From the NCBI GenBank assembly GCA_013239625.1, contig MU053934.1:5722399-5786398 (forward strand): a stretch of DNA of 64,000 bases. Direction: 5' to 3'. The stretch is from Lama guanicoe. Its lineage: Eukaryota. The position numbers and the translations under genes were made by a program. The notes beneath the pieces were generated by a model. It was not told the origin of the DNA. It did no database searches and worked only from the letters and a program-made list of their open reading frames with translations. The stretch's first letter is position 1, and every line of letters begins with the position of its first letter. Shown here piece by piece: positions 50,791 through 64,000 of the stretch.

Positions 50791-51819
50791 ATTTACAACT
50801 GAAACTGAATTTAAAGAGTCTAATAATGTCCTTTCATTGACAAATGCAATGTGAAATTTCTTGTAATGTGGATTTCCGATCAAATTCAAATCGTTTACAT
50901 CAACTATTTCAAGTTAAGCTATAAATCGCAGAATGCACATGAAGTTTTAGAACTGTCACCCAGCCCATAGCTTTGACCACAGAGGTCAGAAGTGTCCAGT
51001 GTACATGAAGCAGAGGCTGGGCTGCAAGGAGCCCTGGCCTAGCACCTTAGGCACCTGAAACACCAACTGCACCAGCAACTCCATGGCTCCCTTGTCTTTA
51101 ATGAGCAACAGTGTACTCAGCACCTGCTGCTGAACTGGACCAGGTAGTAGTGCTGAATATGACCAGATGGTAGCACCTCTCCTTGGCCATATTTCAGTGA
51201 GTCCATGGCTCCTGGTGATAAGGGGACAGGTAAGGGGGCTCTGGCTGCTCCAAGATCCATCCATCTGGACATGAGGGACAGAAGGGATCAGTATCTCCCA
51301 GCATACCAATTTCAAGACACATCACTTAGGGTATTTAATTTAGGGTTATAAAATCTAGAATTGTACTGAGTAGAGCTACCTTGAACATAAAAATGTGGCA
51401 CTATGTAAATATTGATTCCAGTTTCCACCAGTTTTTAAAGCCCAGTGATTCTGGGTAGTTGCCTAAACTAAATGCTATCTTTCTTCCCCTAGGAAAGTTG
51501 AGATTAGGAAGCCTACAATGGTATATCAAAAATGTTTATAGAAGTAATCATCTTGAAAAATGCTACTTAATATTTCATTGCTCAGTGTTTGGTTATGCTT
51601 CTCTGCATGTTACATAGATTAAAATCTCTAATAAACTATAACTGAACCCGGCAGTGATTATAATCTGGGCAGTGTACTATACATTATATGTGAATGATTC
51701 TACTTTATAGTAGACATTGCTATGCATAATAAATTATACTTGACATCACATGAAGTAGTTAGAGCAGGTTCAGAGTCCTCCTGCAGAAACCTGAAAGAGT
51801 TGCTTTTGACAAATATATG

Positions 51820-52500
51820 AATATGGTAGTTCCTCAAAAAATTACAGTTATCATTTGATCCAGCAATTTCACTTCTGAGCAGGGACTCAAATATATTTGT
51901 ACACCCACATTCACAGCAACATTATTCACAATAGCCCAAAGATGGAAACAACCCAAATGTCTATCTGCAGATAAATGGATAAATAAAATGTGGTATATCC
52001 ATACAGTGGAATATTACTCAACATTAAAAAGGAATTAAGTTCTGATACACACTACAACATGGATGAACCTTTAAGACACTGTTCTAAGTGAAATAAGCCA
52101 GATACAAAAGGACCAATATTCCATGATTCCACTTATGTCATTCATAGAAATAGAAAGTAGAATGGTGGTTGCCAGGGTCCGGGTGAAGGAGAAAGGAGAA
52201 GTTACTGTATAAGGGGAACAATTTTAATCTGGGACAGTGATAAGTTCTGGAGATGAATGGTGGTGATGGTTGCACAACAATGTGAATATACTTAATGTCA
52301 CTGAGCTTACACTTAAACATGGTTAAAATGGCAACTAGACTTGTGGTGGCGATTACTGTGTAATGTATACAGATGTCAAATTATGCAGCACCTGAAACAA
52401 AAAGGTTTTCTAAGAAATAAAATTAAAATGAGGTTAACTAAGCCCTCCAAAATGGTTAAAATGGTAAATATTATGTATATTTTACCACAATAAAATAAAG
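51820..52500 (+). mobile_element. L1MB-like 3' fragment with a small nested insertion at 52332-52451
   Basis: Canonical L1 3' motifs (gatccagcaatttcacttctg, tattcacaatagcc, ggatgaacct). Confidence 0.8.
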
Positions 52501-52619
52501 TATTTAACTATATTACCTTGTGGGCAAGGAGGACTAAAGGCAGACTGAGGTTGACAATATCTAAGTAATTAAGATAAGAATTAATAAAATGCTAAATCAT
52601 TATCACCAAATAACAAGAG

Positions 52620-52870
52620 TTTGTAATCTCAAGGACCCTGCAATGATCAGACAATGTCTGAAGAATCGTGTGTATTTTGGGGTACCTATTTTTAAAAAGA
52701 CATGCCCAGGTGAGAGTTACCAGGAAATAGTGTTATAAGAAGTGGTTGAAAGAGGGGAGGCTATTTTGGGTGAAGAGAGAGATACAGGGAAGCCTGATGG
52801 CTGGCTCCGAATATTTGAAAAGCTGTCGTGCAGACCATCCTATTTTACATTGCTCTACCAGGTGGGGCCA
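52620..52870 (+). mobile_element. CR1/L3 ORF2 C-terminal remnant
   Basis: Frame from 52746 reads LKEGRLFWVKREIQGSLMAGSEYLKSC, similar to the CR1 consensus [28 protein letters not shown]. Confidence 0.55.
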
Positions 52871-53759
52871 GAACCAGCTCTCTCATAGATTCAGAATTTT
52901 AGAGGTAAAAGGGATGTTAGTGACTTTGTCCAACCCCCTTATAATAGGAGTCTTAAAAAGATGGAGTGACCTGCCTGAAATCACACAGCTGGTTGATGCA
53001 GTCAGGCTTTTGAAGAAGTCTCCTGGCTCCAAGATCAGGGTGTTTATCACAACACGTCAATTCCCACAGCCCATTCCTCCACAGTCTTCAAGACTTCAGT
53101 ATCATTACCTTCTCAAACTTAGCTAAATATGTTCCCTTCCATTTTCAAGGGCAATGTCAACTCATTGTGAACCCTCTAAGCTACTCTAAATATTTAAATA
53201 CAAAATGTAACATCAGGAATGGGTTTCACAGGAACTGAAAGAGCAGTCGAGTGGGATGGTGAGACATCCCCAAGATGAGCAACAGCAGGAAGCCTCTGCC
53301 TCCAGGCTGGAGGATGAAGGAAGCAAGTGGAGTTTCTCAAGACAAGGAACCAAGTCAACTGCAGAAGCTAGGCCACAGAAGGCCCGCTTGCTGGCAGGAG
53401 CTGAGCTTTCTGGAAGCAACACAGGGAAAGGGTGAGGAATAGACCTTAAAGGCAAACAGATTCTGTGATTTTATGATTTTATGAGTGTACAAATAATTAA
53501 GTCAAACAGTGTATAAACCCTCTTCCAACCAAGTCCAGGAGTCTTTTTTATTTAATGTACAAGACCAGGGTATAAATCTGAAGCTCTCCTGATATAGAAG
53601 AAAATAACAAGATTAGATAACTTCCTGACTCAAACATCTAAAAATTAACAGCTTTTCCACCATTTTATTGTTTTTGATCAAGTTGCTAATTGATGCAACA
53701 CACCTTGTAACTTGCAAAAGATCGCACTGAAATTATGAAATGAGTTTGCTTTTAACATT

Positions 53760-54365
53760 TCTTATTTATTTGTTTTTTATTGAGGTGTGACTGACTTACA
53801 GTATTACTTTCAGATGTACAACATGGTGATTCAATATTTTTATAGATTATACTCCATTTGAAATTATTACAAAATAATGGCTATATTTCCTTGTACTGTA
53901 CAATATATCTTTGTTGCTCACTTATTTTATACATAATGGTTTCTGTCTCTTAATCCCATACCTCTGTCTTGCTCCTTCCCCTTCCCCTCCCCCTCCCCAC
54001 TGGTAACCACTAGTTCTCTTTATCTGTGAGTCTGCATCTATTTTGTTATATAATTCATTTTATTTTTTTATTTTTATTTGTTTTGGCTTTTTTCGTAGAC
54101 AGTATTTTATTTCTATATACATTTTTAAAATTTTACATATATGTACTGTTCATTGTTTCTAAGAACAGTTTAGAGCTTTAGCTTTTTAAACTTACATAGT
54201 TATCAAAGGAATAAAGCCAACCACAAGATAAGAATCAACAGAATGCTGTAATCCAATCATAAAGGACAGTAAGTGTGCTTATACATATTCAAGAAATCAA
54301 TCATCTAAGTTATAAATAATAAGTAGTTCATTTGTGTCCTTTTTTTAGATTTCACATATATAAAA
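53760..54365 (-). mobile_element. Younger L1 3' fragment split by a non-L1 insertion
   Basis: Same L1 3'UTR type as the copy near 26510-26850. The L1 sequence stops at about 54060 and resumes at about 54334 (ttttagatttcacatata). Confidence 0.8.
54061..54326 (-). pseudogene. 5'-truncated processed retrocopy of an unidentified mRNA 3' end
   Basis: Minus strand carries AATAAA at 54111-54106, 12 nt, then a degenerate poly(A) tail; TSD ttcattt at 54054-54060 and 54327-54333. Confidence 0.65.
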
Positions 54366-55679
54366 TTATGAAATATGTTCTTGATTGAGTTCCTTCTCTA
54401 GTTTCTTCCCAACTTTTAATTCTATACCATTTAGAATCCATCTTATATCTGATTCTGGTCCTGGGCAACCACTTTGACCATGTTCACCTAAATCATTTTT
54501 GGACAACTGAAACACTCCCTGACACACTGATGTACAACCAAAAGGCATCTTCTGAGAGACATCAGTTATTTATGTTTAAAAATGTACATGGAGAGGATTA
54601 AAAACCATCCGCAATTCACTTTTTTTTTTCTTTTACTTTGGAATTTTTGATGGGATGACATCATTTTATGTCAAGATTACATTCCAGGAAAATGCCAAGT
54701 TATAGGAAAAGAAGGAAGACTTTTCATAGGAATTGATATAAAAGATCTAGCTACATTCCCAGCCAGCTCACATCCAATATATTACTTATAAAAATTATAC
54801 CCCCAAAAAATTGTCCCCAAACTCTTTGAATGACATGATCATTCTTAACTTTAAAATGTTAATTCTGAGCTTTAAGGAAAATTATACAGATACCCTTGGC
54901 ATTGCCCCAAAGGTGACTGCTCAAGTGTAGCCCCTGAACAGAGGGAATTAGGCAAGTGGTGAGAACAGAGCTGGAATCCCCAGATCCACGCCCACCCAAA
55001 AGGCAGCTCCATAGGGAACGTGGGAACATGCAGTTGACCAAAGGCCTGAACGCCCTTCTTGTTTTGAGATGACGTGTCCGTTTCCCTCCACAGTAAATCT
55101 GAGCCTCAAGAATCTCACAAGAGCACATGTCAGCACAGCATAACTACAAAATGCAATAATTTATAACAAAATGTATCCCAAATAAATAGACGTCTTAATG
55201 CAGTAGGGAGCAACATAGAACGGGTCAACATAGAACCCTACAGACCTTTCCTTTTAATAGCAAATGTGGATTTGTAGTCTCCACAAACAAACTACTGGCA
55301 GAAGAGCCTCCCTGCAACTGAAATTTTGCTGTGGGTGAAATACGTGAGGGGCGTAGCAACACGAAGCTGTCAGATGAGGGGTCCCCAAGCACAGTGCCTC
55401 ATGTGCGAACACCCAGGGGGCAGGCCCCACGCGCAGTCGTTCCACTTTCCCTCCCTGCAACTGAGCTAGGTGCCAAGGGGACAACGGTGAAGAGGGAACA
55501 CACAGAGTTCCTGGTCTGCTAGGAGACACTGGCCAGTAAAGAATTAGGTAAAGGATTACAATGCAGTATCGCCAGCTACAGCGGTGGCACGGAGCAGGGA
55601 GGGACCGCTGCATCCGAGAAGGGAGTCAGGCCCACTGGTCAGAGGAGATCCCCAAGAGATCTATAATAGAGTTGCCACC

Positions 55680-56475
55680 TTTGGAGAACACTTTCACTTA
55701 CGTTATTGTCTCATTTAGGCTTATGATGGTGAGGTGCGCCATTATCCTTGTTTTACAGATGAGGAAAACAGGCTCCCTGAGGATGTGATTTACACAGCTT
55801 CCTAGAGTCTGTAGAAAATCTGGATGGAATTCAGTGCTCTGGACTTGAAGCTGATCTGCAAACCTAACACTCACTGAGCACTTAGCAGGCGTGATGTGCT
55901 GGGCTGTGCCTTCCACGTGTGGTATCTCATTTAATCTCTGCAGCAGCCATCCTTGTCACTCCTCATTTTATAAATGAGAACAGCAGGACTTTTACAGAAG
56001 TCAAAGTAACTTGTCCAAGCCAGGATTTGAATTTAGCTACGACTCAGAACCTGAGCCCTGAAGAACTCTGCTACACTATGCTGCTTCCCTTCTGAGTGCA
56101 GGAAAGTGCTTTCCAAATCAGCATGGTGCAACTGGTGTCAGACACGCCTAGGTTAGAATCTCTCCATGGCCGTTTGCCAGCTCTCTGATCTTAAGACAAT
56201 TTGCTTAACCTTCTCTTACCTTCAATTTCCTCAGCTCTAGAATAGGAATCATAGATATCTGGCCACCTTGGTTATCTTCCCTCACAGCATCTCCACTTAC
56301 TCTTTTATTTTGGCTTTAACCCAATGTGTAATTCATTGCTGTGTCTGCCTCTACCTGTCAGATATAAGCTGCATGAGGGCTAGGACTATCTATACCAGTC
56401 TTGTTCACCATTGTGCCATGTAACACGGAGCCTGGCACATAGAGGATACCCAATAAATATTTGTTCAGTGAATAA
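55680..56475. mobile_element. Cluster of MIR copies and an L2 end
   Basis: ttttacagatgaggaaaaca, ttttataaatgagaa and caatttcctcagctctagaatagg MIR cores; gcctggcacatag...aataaatatttgtt L2 end. Confidence 0.65.
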
Positions 56476-56658
56476 CTCATCTCAGAGGAAAAAGAGGGAT
56501 CTCTCCCTGCTTCATTATATATGACTCCCCTTTGAAAGGATTCTAGTAGAAGGAACCAGGGCAATGAGATATTATGAATGACCACTCCTGAGTGATTTAT
56601 GACCACCTCCTGCCAAAGGAGGTGAGATGGTGATTGGTAATCCCACCAGAATCACAAG

Positions 56659-56838
56659 CAGGGCCAGCACCACAAGACCATGACCTGTGCAGTCAGTCAC
56701 ATAGACCTCTGAGCTCAGAAGGGCCCTGCACATGGGTTGTGTTTGGCTGTTGCTGTCTTGAAATTCTTAATCATTTTTAAACAAGGACCCCTGCATTTTC
56801 ATTTTGCGCAGGGCACTGCAAATTTTGCAGCTGGTCCA
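56659..56838 (+). mobile_element. MER91A-like hAT element
   Basis: cagggcc...gacctgtgcagtc...ctcagaagggccc...gtcttgaaattcttaat...cattttcattttgc. Confidence 0.7.
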
Positions 56839-57064
56839 GATCAGCTGCAAATGGATGGTGAGGGAGGAAAATGGGTAACTGGAGGCAACATTTCTACCAA
56901 AACAAGGTTGGGAAATTCCGGGAAGTCCAAAATTGTGGACCCTGTGTGTATCTTGAGCAACGCAGCAATGTGCTCAGCCCCTCACGAGGTAGACTACGAG
57001 ATCCCTGAAGGCAGAGATAATGCCTTATCCATTCCTGTCTATAGCTTAAAATAATGCCTAGCAC

Positions 57065-60000
57065 TTTCTTTTAATTAAGCTGATTATTTCGAAATAACTG
57101 TAGATTCTACTTGCAAGTTGTAAGAAATAATACAGAGATCCAATACCCTTTACTCAGTTTTTTCCAATGTGAACATCTTGCAAAACTCTAGTACAGTATC
57201 ATAGCCAGGATACTGACATAGATATATGGTCAAGATACCAAACATTTCCATCACCACAACGATTTCTCGGGTTGCCCTTGTATAGCCACACTGTCTTCCC
57301 TCCCACCCCCTTCCCTCCTTAACCCCTGGCAAGCACTAATCTGGTCTCCATTTCTATAATTTTGTCATTTCAAGAATGTTAAACAAATAAAATCATTCAG
57401 TATGTAACCTTGTGAGATGGGCTCTTTTCACTCAGCATAATTCCCTGGAGAGTCATTTAGTGGTTGCATGTATCAGTACTCATTGGAGGGCATCTGATGC
57501 TTCCAGTTTGGGGCTATGGTAAATAAAGCTGCTAAAACCTGTGTATGGATTTCAAAGTGAAAAGAAGTCTTCATTTCTGGAGCGCAATTGCTGGATTCTA
57601 TGGGAGTTGCACATTTACCTTTTAAAGACACTGCCAAACTGTTTCCCAAAGTGGCTGTACCATTCTGCATTCCACCTCCAATGTATGAGTGATCCAGTTT
57701 CTCCAAATTCTCATCAGCATTTGGTGGTGTCACAGCTTTTTAAGTTGGCCATTCTGATGAGCATGTAGTGATACCTCACTGCGGTTTTAATTTGCATTTC
57801 TCTAGTGACTAACGATGTCGAGCATCTCTTCCTGTGCTTATCTGCCATCTATACATACTCATCAATGAAATATCTCTGATTTTTGCCCATTTCCTAATTG
57901 GTTTGGTTTTTGACTATTGAGTTTTAAGATTTCCTTCTACATTGTAGATACTAGTGCTTTGTCATATCCTACCTTTGCAAATGCTTTCTCCCACTCTGTA
58001 GCTCCTCTTAACAGACTTTCACAGAGCAAATATTTTTAATTGTGATAAAGTCCAGTTTATCAACTGTTCCTTTTTTGGACCATGTTTTCAGTGTCAAGTC
58101 CAAGAACTCTCTGGCTCTAAGACCTGCATATTTCCTCATATGTTTTATTCTAAAAGTTGTATAGTTTTATGTTTTATATTTAAGTTCATGATACATATTG
58201 AGTTAATTTTTGTATAAGGTGTGAGAACAGGTCAAAGGTCTTGTTTGTTGGTTTGGTTTCGGTGGTCCATGGATGTCCAATTGCTCCAGAACCATTTGTT
58301 GAAAATGTTCTTTTTTCCACTGAATTGCTTTTGTACCGTTATCAAAATTTAGTTGGGCAGTTTGGGTGGGTCTTTTCCTGGGTTTTCTGCTCTGTTCCAT
58401 AGATCTGTATGTCTGTTCCACTACCAATACCACACGGTCTTGATAACTATAGCTGTGTAAGTCTTTAAAGCAGGTAAAGTAATTCCTCCCGCTTTATTCT
58501 TCCTTTCCAAAATTATTTTAAATATTCTAGTTCCTTTGCCTTTCCACATAAATTTTTGAGTAATCTTGTCTGCAACCTAAAAAAAAAACACTTGCTGGAA
58601 TTTTTAGGAATTTTGTCAAACTGCATCAATTTGGTGAAAATAGACATCTTTACTATGCTCAGTCCTTCACTCCATGAACACTGTCTATTTATTTGAAAAG
58701 TTATTTTTATGTCTCTCATTAATGTTGTTTTATATAAGCCCTATACATGTTTCATTAATTAGATTTATAGTTTAATTTTTTGATAATTCTAAATGGCATA
58801 TTGAACAACAAGGACCTACTGTATAGCACAGGGAACTATGTTCAGTACTTTGTAATGGTCTATAATGAAAAAGAATATGAAAAGGAATATATATGTATAA
58901 TTGAATCATTATGCTGTACACCAGAAATTAACACAAGGTTGTAAATCAACTATACTTCAATTATTTTTAAATGTTAAAGGCAAAAAAAGACCAAAAAAAA
59001 GCATATTGTTTTAAATTTGTTACGTTCATATCTCGTACATACAATTAATTTATATATGTTTGTCTTGTATCCTGTGACCCTGCTGATCTTACATATTAGT
59101 TCTAAGAGTTTTTTTTAATTCCTTGAAATTTACTACACAAACTACGTATCACCTGTAAATAGGACAGTTTTGTTTCTGATCTATATGCCTTTGACATCTT
59201 TTTTTCCCCGTTGGACTGGTTAGAAGTTCCAGTGCTCTACTGAATAAAAGTGGTAAAAGAAGCCATCTTTCAGCTCCATATAAATTTTGGAATTGTTTGT
59301 TCTAGTTCTGTGAAAATGTTGTGAGTATTTTGACAGGGGTTGCATTGGATCTGTAGATTACTTTGGGTAGTACAGCCATTTTGGTCATGTTGATTCTTCC
59401 AATCCAAAAGCACAAGATATCTCTCCATTTCTTTGTATCATCTTCAATTTCCTTCATCAGTGTTTTACAGTTGTAAGAGTATAGGTAACCTCCTTGGCTA
59501 AGTTTATTTCTGGGTATTTTGTTGTTTTTGATGCAATGGAAATGTTCATGCCAGTTATAAAATTCCGGTTTGTGAAGTGAAAAAAAAGTGAATGAAGGGC
59601 TGCAAATGGCAAGATATCCTTCTTTTTTATGGGTGAGTTGTATTCCATTACATATATATGTGTTATTTAGTTTCTATATGTTTAGCGAATTTTCTGTTAC
59701 TTTTCTCTTACTGACTTATAGTTTGACTTCACTGTGGTTGGAGAAAATACTGCATGATTTCAATTCTTTAAAATTTTTAAAGATTCATTTGACAGCCCAG
59801 CATATGGTATCTTGGTATATGCTCCACAGCACATGAAAAAGAATACGTATGCTGCTCTTACTGGATGGAGTGTTCTGAAAGTGTTGATTAGATCCCATTG
59901 GTTGGTAGTGTTGAGTTCTATATTTTTGCTGATTGTCTAGTTGTTCTATCCATTGTTGAAAGAGAGGTGCTGAAGTCACCACTGTAATGGTGAAGTCATC

Positions 60001-60560
60001 ACATGTAATAGACAAATCCACCATACATGTATGGTGGATTTGTCTATTTCCCCTTTCAGATCTATCAGTTTTTGCTTTACATGTTTTGCAGCACAGTTTT
60101 TTGATGCATATACATTTTGGACTGCTATGTCTTCTTGGTAGATTGACTTCTTTAACATTTATAATGACTTGTCCTCTCTCTGGTAATATTCTTTACTCTA
60201 AAAGTCTACTTAAATGTTATTAATATAGTCATTCTTGTTTTCCTTTGATTAATGTTTGCATGATATATCTTTTTTCCATCCTTTTACTTGCACCCTTCCT
60301 ATTTCATAACTTTTGAAGTCAGATTCCTGTAGACAGCATCTACTGGGTCACATTTTTTCATCTACTCTGCCAATCTCTGTCTCTTAATTGGTATATTTAG
60401 ACCATTTACATTTAAGGTAATTACTGATATGTCTGGTATTTTATTTTACTGTTTTCTCTTTGTTCTCTTTATTTTTTACTTCTCTTGTTTTTGTTTTCCT
60501 GCTTTCCTGTGGGTTACTTAAAACATTTTTTAGAATTCCATATTGACTTATCTATAATGG
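57065..60560 (-). mobile_element. L1MC-like long decayed fragment(s), with a younger plus-strand L1 tail nested at 58804-59000
   Basis: L1MC 3' start (gttgtaagaaataatacagaga) and ORF2 remnants in short minus-strand ORFs. The nested insert has TSD gcatattg at 58796-58803 and 59001-59008. Confidence 0.8.
60007..60048. repeat. Perfect 42-bp spacerless palindrome
   Basis: aatagacaaatccaccataca|tgtatggtggatttgtctatt; the second half is the exact reverse complement of the first. Confidence 0.95.
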
Positions 60561-60705
60561 GTTTTTTTGGGGTTTTGTTTTTTAATTTTTTGAGGGGGAA
60601 GGTTATTAGGTTTATTTATTTATTTTTAGAGGAGGTACTAGGGATTGAACCCAGGACCCCAGGCATGCTAAGCATGTGCTCTACAACTGAGCTATCCCCT
60701 CCCCT
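60561..60705 (-). mobile_element. tRNA-Ala-derived SINE (vic-1-like)
   Basis: Reverse complement of the same head and tail module. Confidence 0.87.
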
Positions 60706-60739
60706 CTTGTTTGTTTTTTTTTAACATTTACCAGCATAC

Positions 60740-61820
60740 CACTGTACCCACTCTTTTTGTCTGGCTCATCCTTCAATCTCAAACTATTTCCTCTAAGAGG
60801 ACTTCCCCCACCCACCAGATTGTTTCTGCTTCAAAGCACCCTGTACTTCCCCTTTCCTAAAATTCACTGGAATTATCATTAACTGACTATTGCCTCTCTT
60901 GCTACACACCTTAAGGTCAATACTGAAAGGGGACTTCAGCAAGTACTTAAAATATCAGATGCCTTTTTTATCTAGATCAGCATGGTGTAGTTGACACACA
61001 GCAGGTTCTGTAGATATTTTAGAAATATTTGTTGAATGAATGGATGGGTGGATGGAATAGAACTAAAGTAAAATTATAACCTATTGTATTGTAAACTAAG
61101 TAAAATTATGAAGGATCTGTATAGAGTCTACAAAAAGTTTTCTTAGGTTTATGCAGCAGGATCTACTATACAGAATGCCTGGGCCAATCACCATAGCAAG
61201 GTCCATTTCCAAAGGAGAGGTCAGTACATGAAGTTTTCATAGCTTTTGCAACCGCCCCTAATATCTGCAATAAAATCTCTATCTGATCTGATCCCTGCCT
61301 GCCTGTCCGACATCTCCTACCAACTTCCCTTGCTCAGTAAGCTTCAAATTTATTCTTTCAGCACACACTGAGCACCTACAATTTACCAGGCACTGTTCCA
61401 GGAGTATTTGTTATCAATAAAGAAAACAAACAAACAAATCCCCTCTTGATGGAACATACAAAAAAACAATAAATCTATCAAATGAGTAAATGAAAAAATA
61501 TGTTAGAAAGTACATGCACCATTAAAGAAGAAAAGCACAGTAAAATGAATGGGAAGCAAATCATACAGGGCCTTTTCGGCCATTCTAAGGACCTCAGCTG
61601 AAATGTTACTCCTCAGAGGTCTCACCTACTCACCCAATTTCATGTTGCTTCCATCTCCCCTCAGTCTCACGACCTTGTTTGCACTTACTGATACCTGAAA
61701 TTTTCTGACGTACTTATTTGTTGACTTGTGTATTATTTCCCTACCTAAATTTGACTCTTTCATCACTGTCTCTCCTGTTTATAAAAGGGCTGGGTACATG
61801 CTCAATGAATCTGTTTAATG
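60740..61820. mobile_element. L2 remnants
   Basis: aaatatttgttgaatgaatggatgg end near 61030; actgagcacctac...ccaggcactgttc near 61370-61400. Confidence 0.55.
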
Positions 61821-62569
61821 AAGGCTAAATATGCCCTCAATACCTTAATTTACTATGTTTCTAGTATTCCTGCAGGAACACAATAAATTACATGACAGAA
61901 TTCTTAACATGAAATCATTAATTTAATAAAACTTGGGCTTAGAAAAACTTTGTAGTGTTCCTACAATGCTTTAAGGACTCACAATTTTTCTCTCTCCTGG
62001 TCTAGTTAAAGCTGTGGTGGTGTTTTCACAGATTTGTTGTTCTTGTTTATGATAAAGACATGGAAACAAATCCCACTTCTTCTATTTTAACAATGATGTC
62101 AACAATCCATTACTCTTCAGTGTTCTTTTAAGACGAAATTCAAATAAGCCAACAAAAGATTTAAGAGTGATCTAGCTGTCATACATCTGCAACATTAGAT
62201 TTTTTTAAATGGGGGCCTGATCTAAAAATGGGAAGGTGACAGGAAGTTCAAGTGCTTTGGCTGTGAAGCAATGACCAGTAAGGCTAAGTGGCAGAATGCC
62301 TCACATAAATACAACTACACATAAATAGAAGTACAGCAACTGAAAGAGGATCGAAAATTAAGGAGAAAGGACCTCATAGTTAGATGACCAACTGATGAAT
62401 GGGAAATGTGTGCTCAAGTGAGTGACGTTGAAATCGTGACCCTTAACCCAAAGCCATTCCAGGTCGGACTGGTATTTGGGATAGTCTGGGGATGGCTTCA
62501 CCCGGGCTCCTAAGCCTCCTCCCTCCACCTATTTCAGGTGGGCAGGAGAAAGCAAAGCTGGAGAATGCC

Positions 62570-63900
<1,331 letters not shown>

Positions 63901-64000
63901 TAAAGTATCTCGAGTGTAACTCTTGTCTCTTCTGAGAGATCTGTTGGTTTGTCACACAGCCGCCCCAGTCCTGTTGTCATATCCAGAATGCCCCTGTCCA

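Noticed and set aside
55668..55688. CTCF-like motif (also near 3900 and 2630)
   Set aside because: Only partial matches to the consensus, which cannot be distinguished from chance by eye.

Overview
Mammalian euchromatic locus with gene order ST13 (minus, exon 1 only) / XPNPEP3 (plus, all 10 coding exons, 1524 nt = 507 aa plus stop) / DNAJB7 (minus, intronless, nested in XPNPEP3 intron 1) / RBX1 (plus, exon 1 only). ST13 and XPNPEP3 share a head-to-head CpG-island promoter with a perfect heat-shock element and a CRE. Seven tRNA-Ala(AGC)-derived SINEs resembling the camelid vic-1 family suggest a camelid host (inference). The rest is mostly transposon remnants (L1, L2, CR1/L3, MIR, MaLR/ERVL, hAT and Tigger MERs); family names come from recalled consensus sequences, and repeat boundaries are approximate. 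I see no clearly new multi-gene system. The best leads are a 92-nt frameshifting cassette exon in XPNPEP3 intron 2 that creates a stop codon and an overlapping 66-codon alternative ORF, a retrocopied 3'UTR of an unidentified mRNA nested in an L1, an ERVL provirus lacking its RT and integrase cores, two perfect palindromes (42 and 24 bp), and an LTR directly upstream of DNAJB7.
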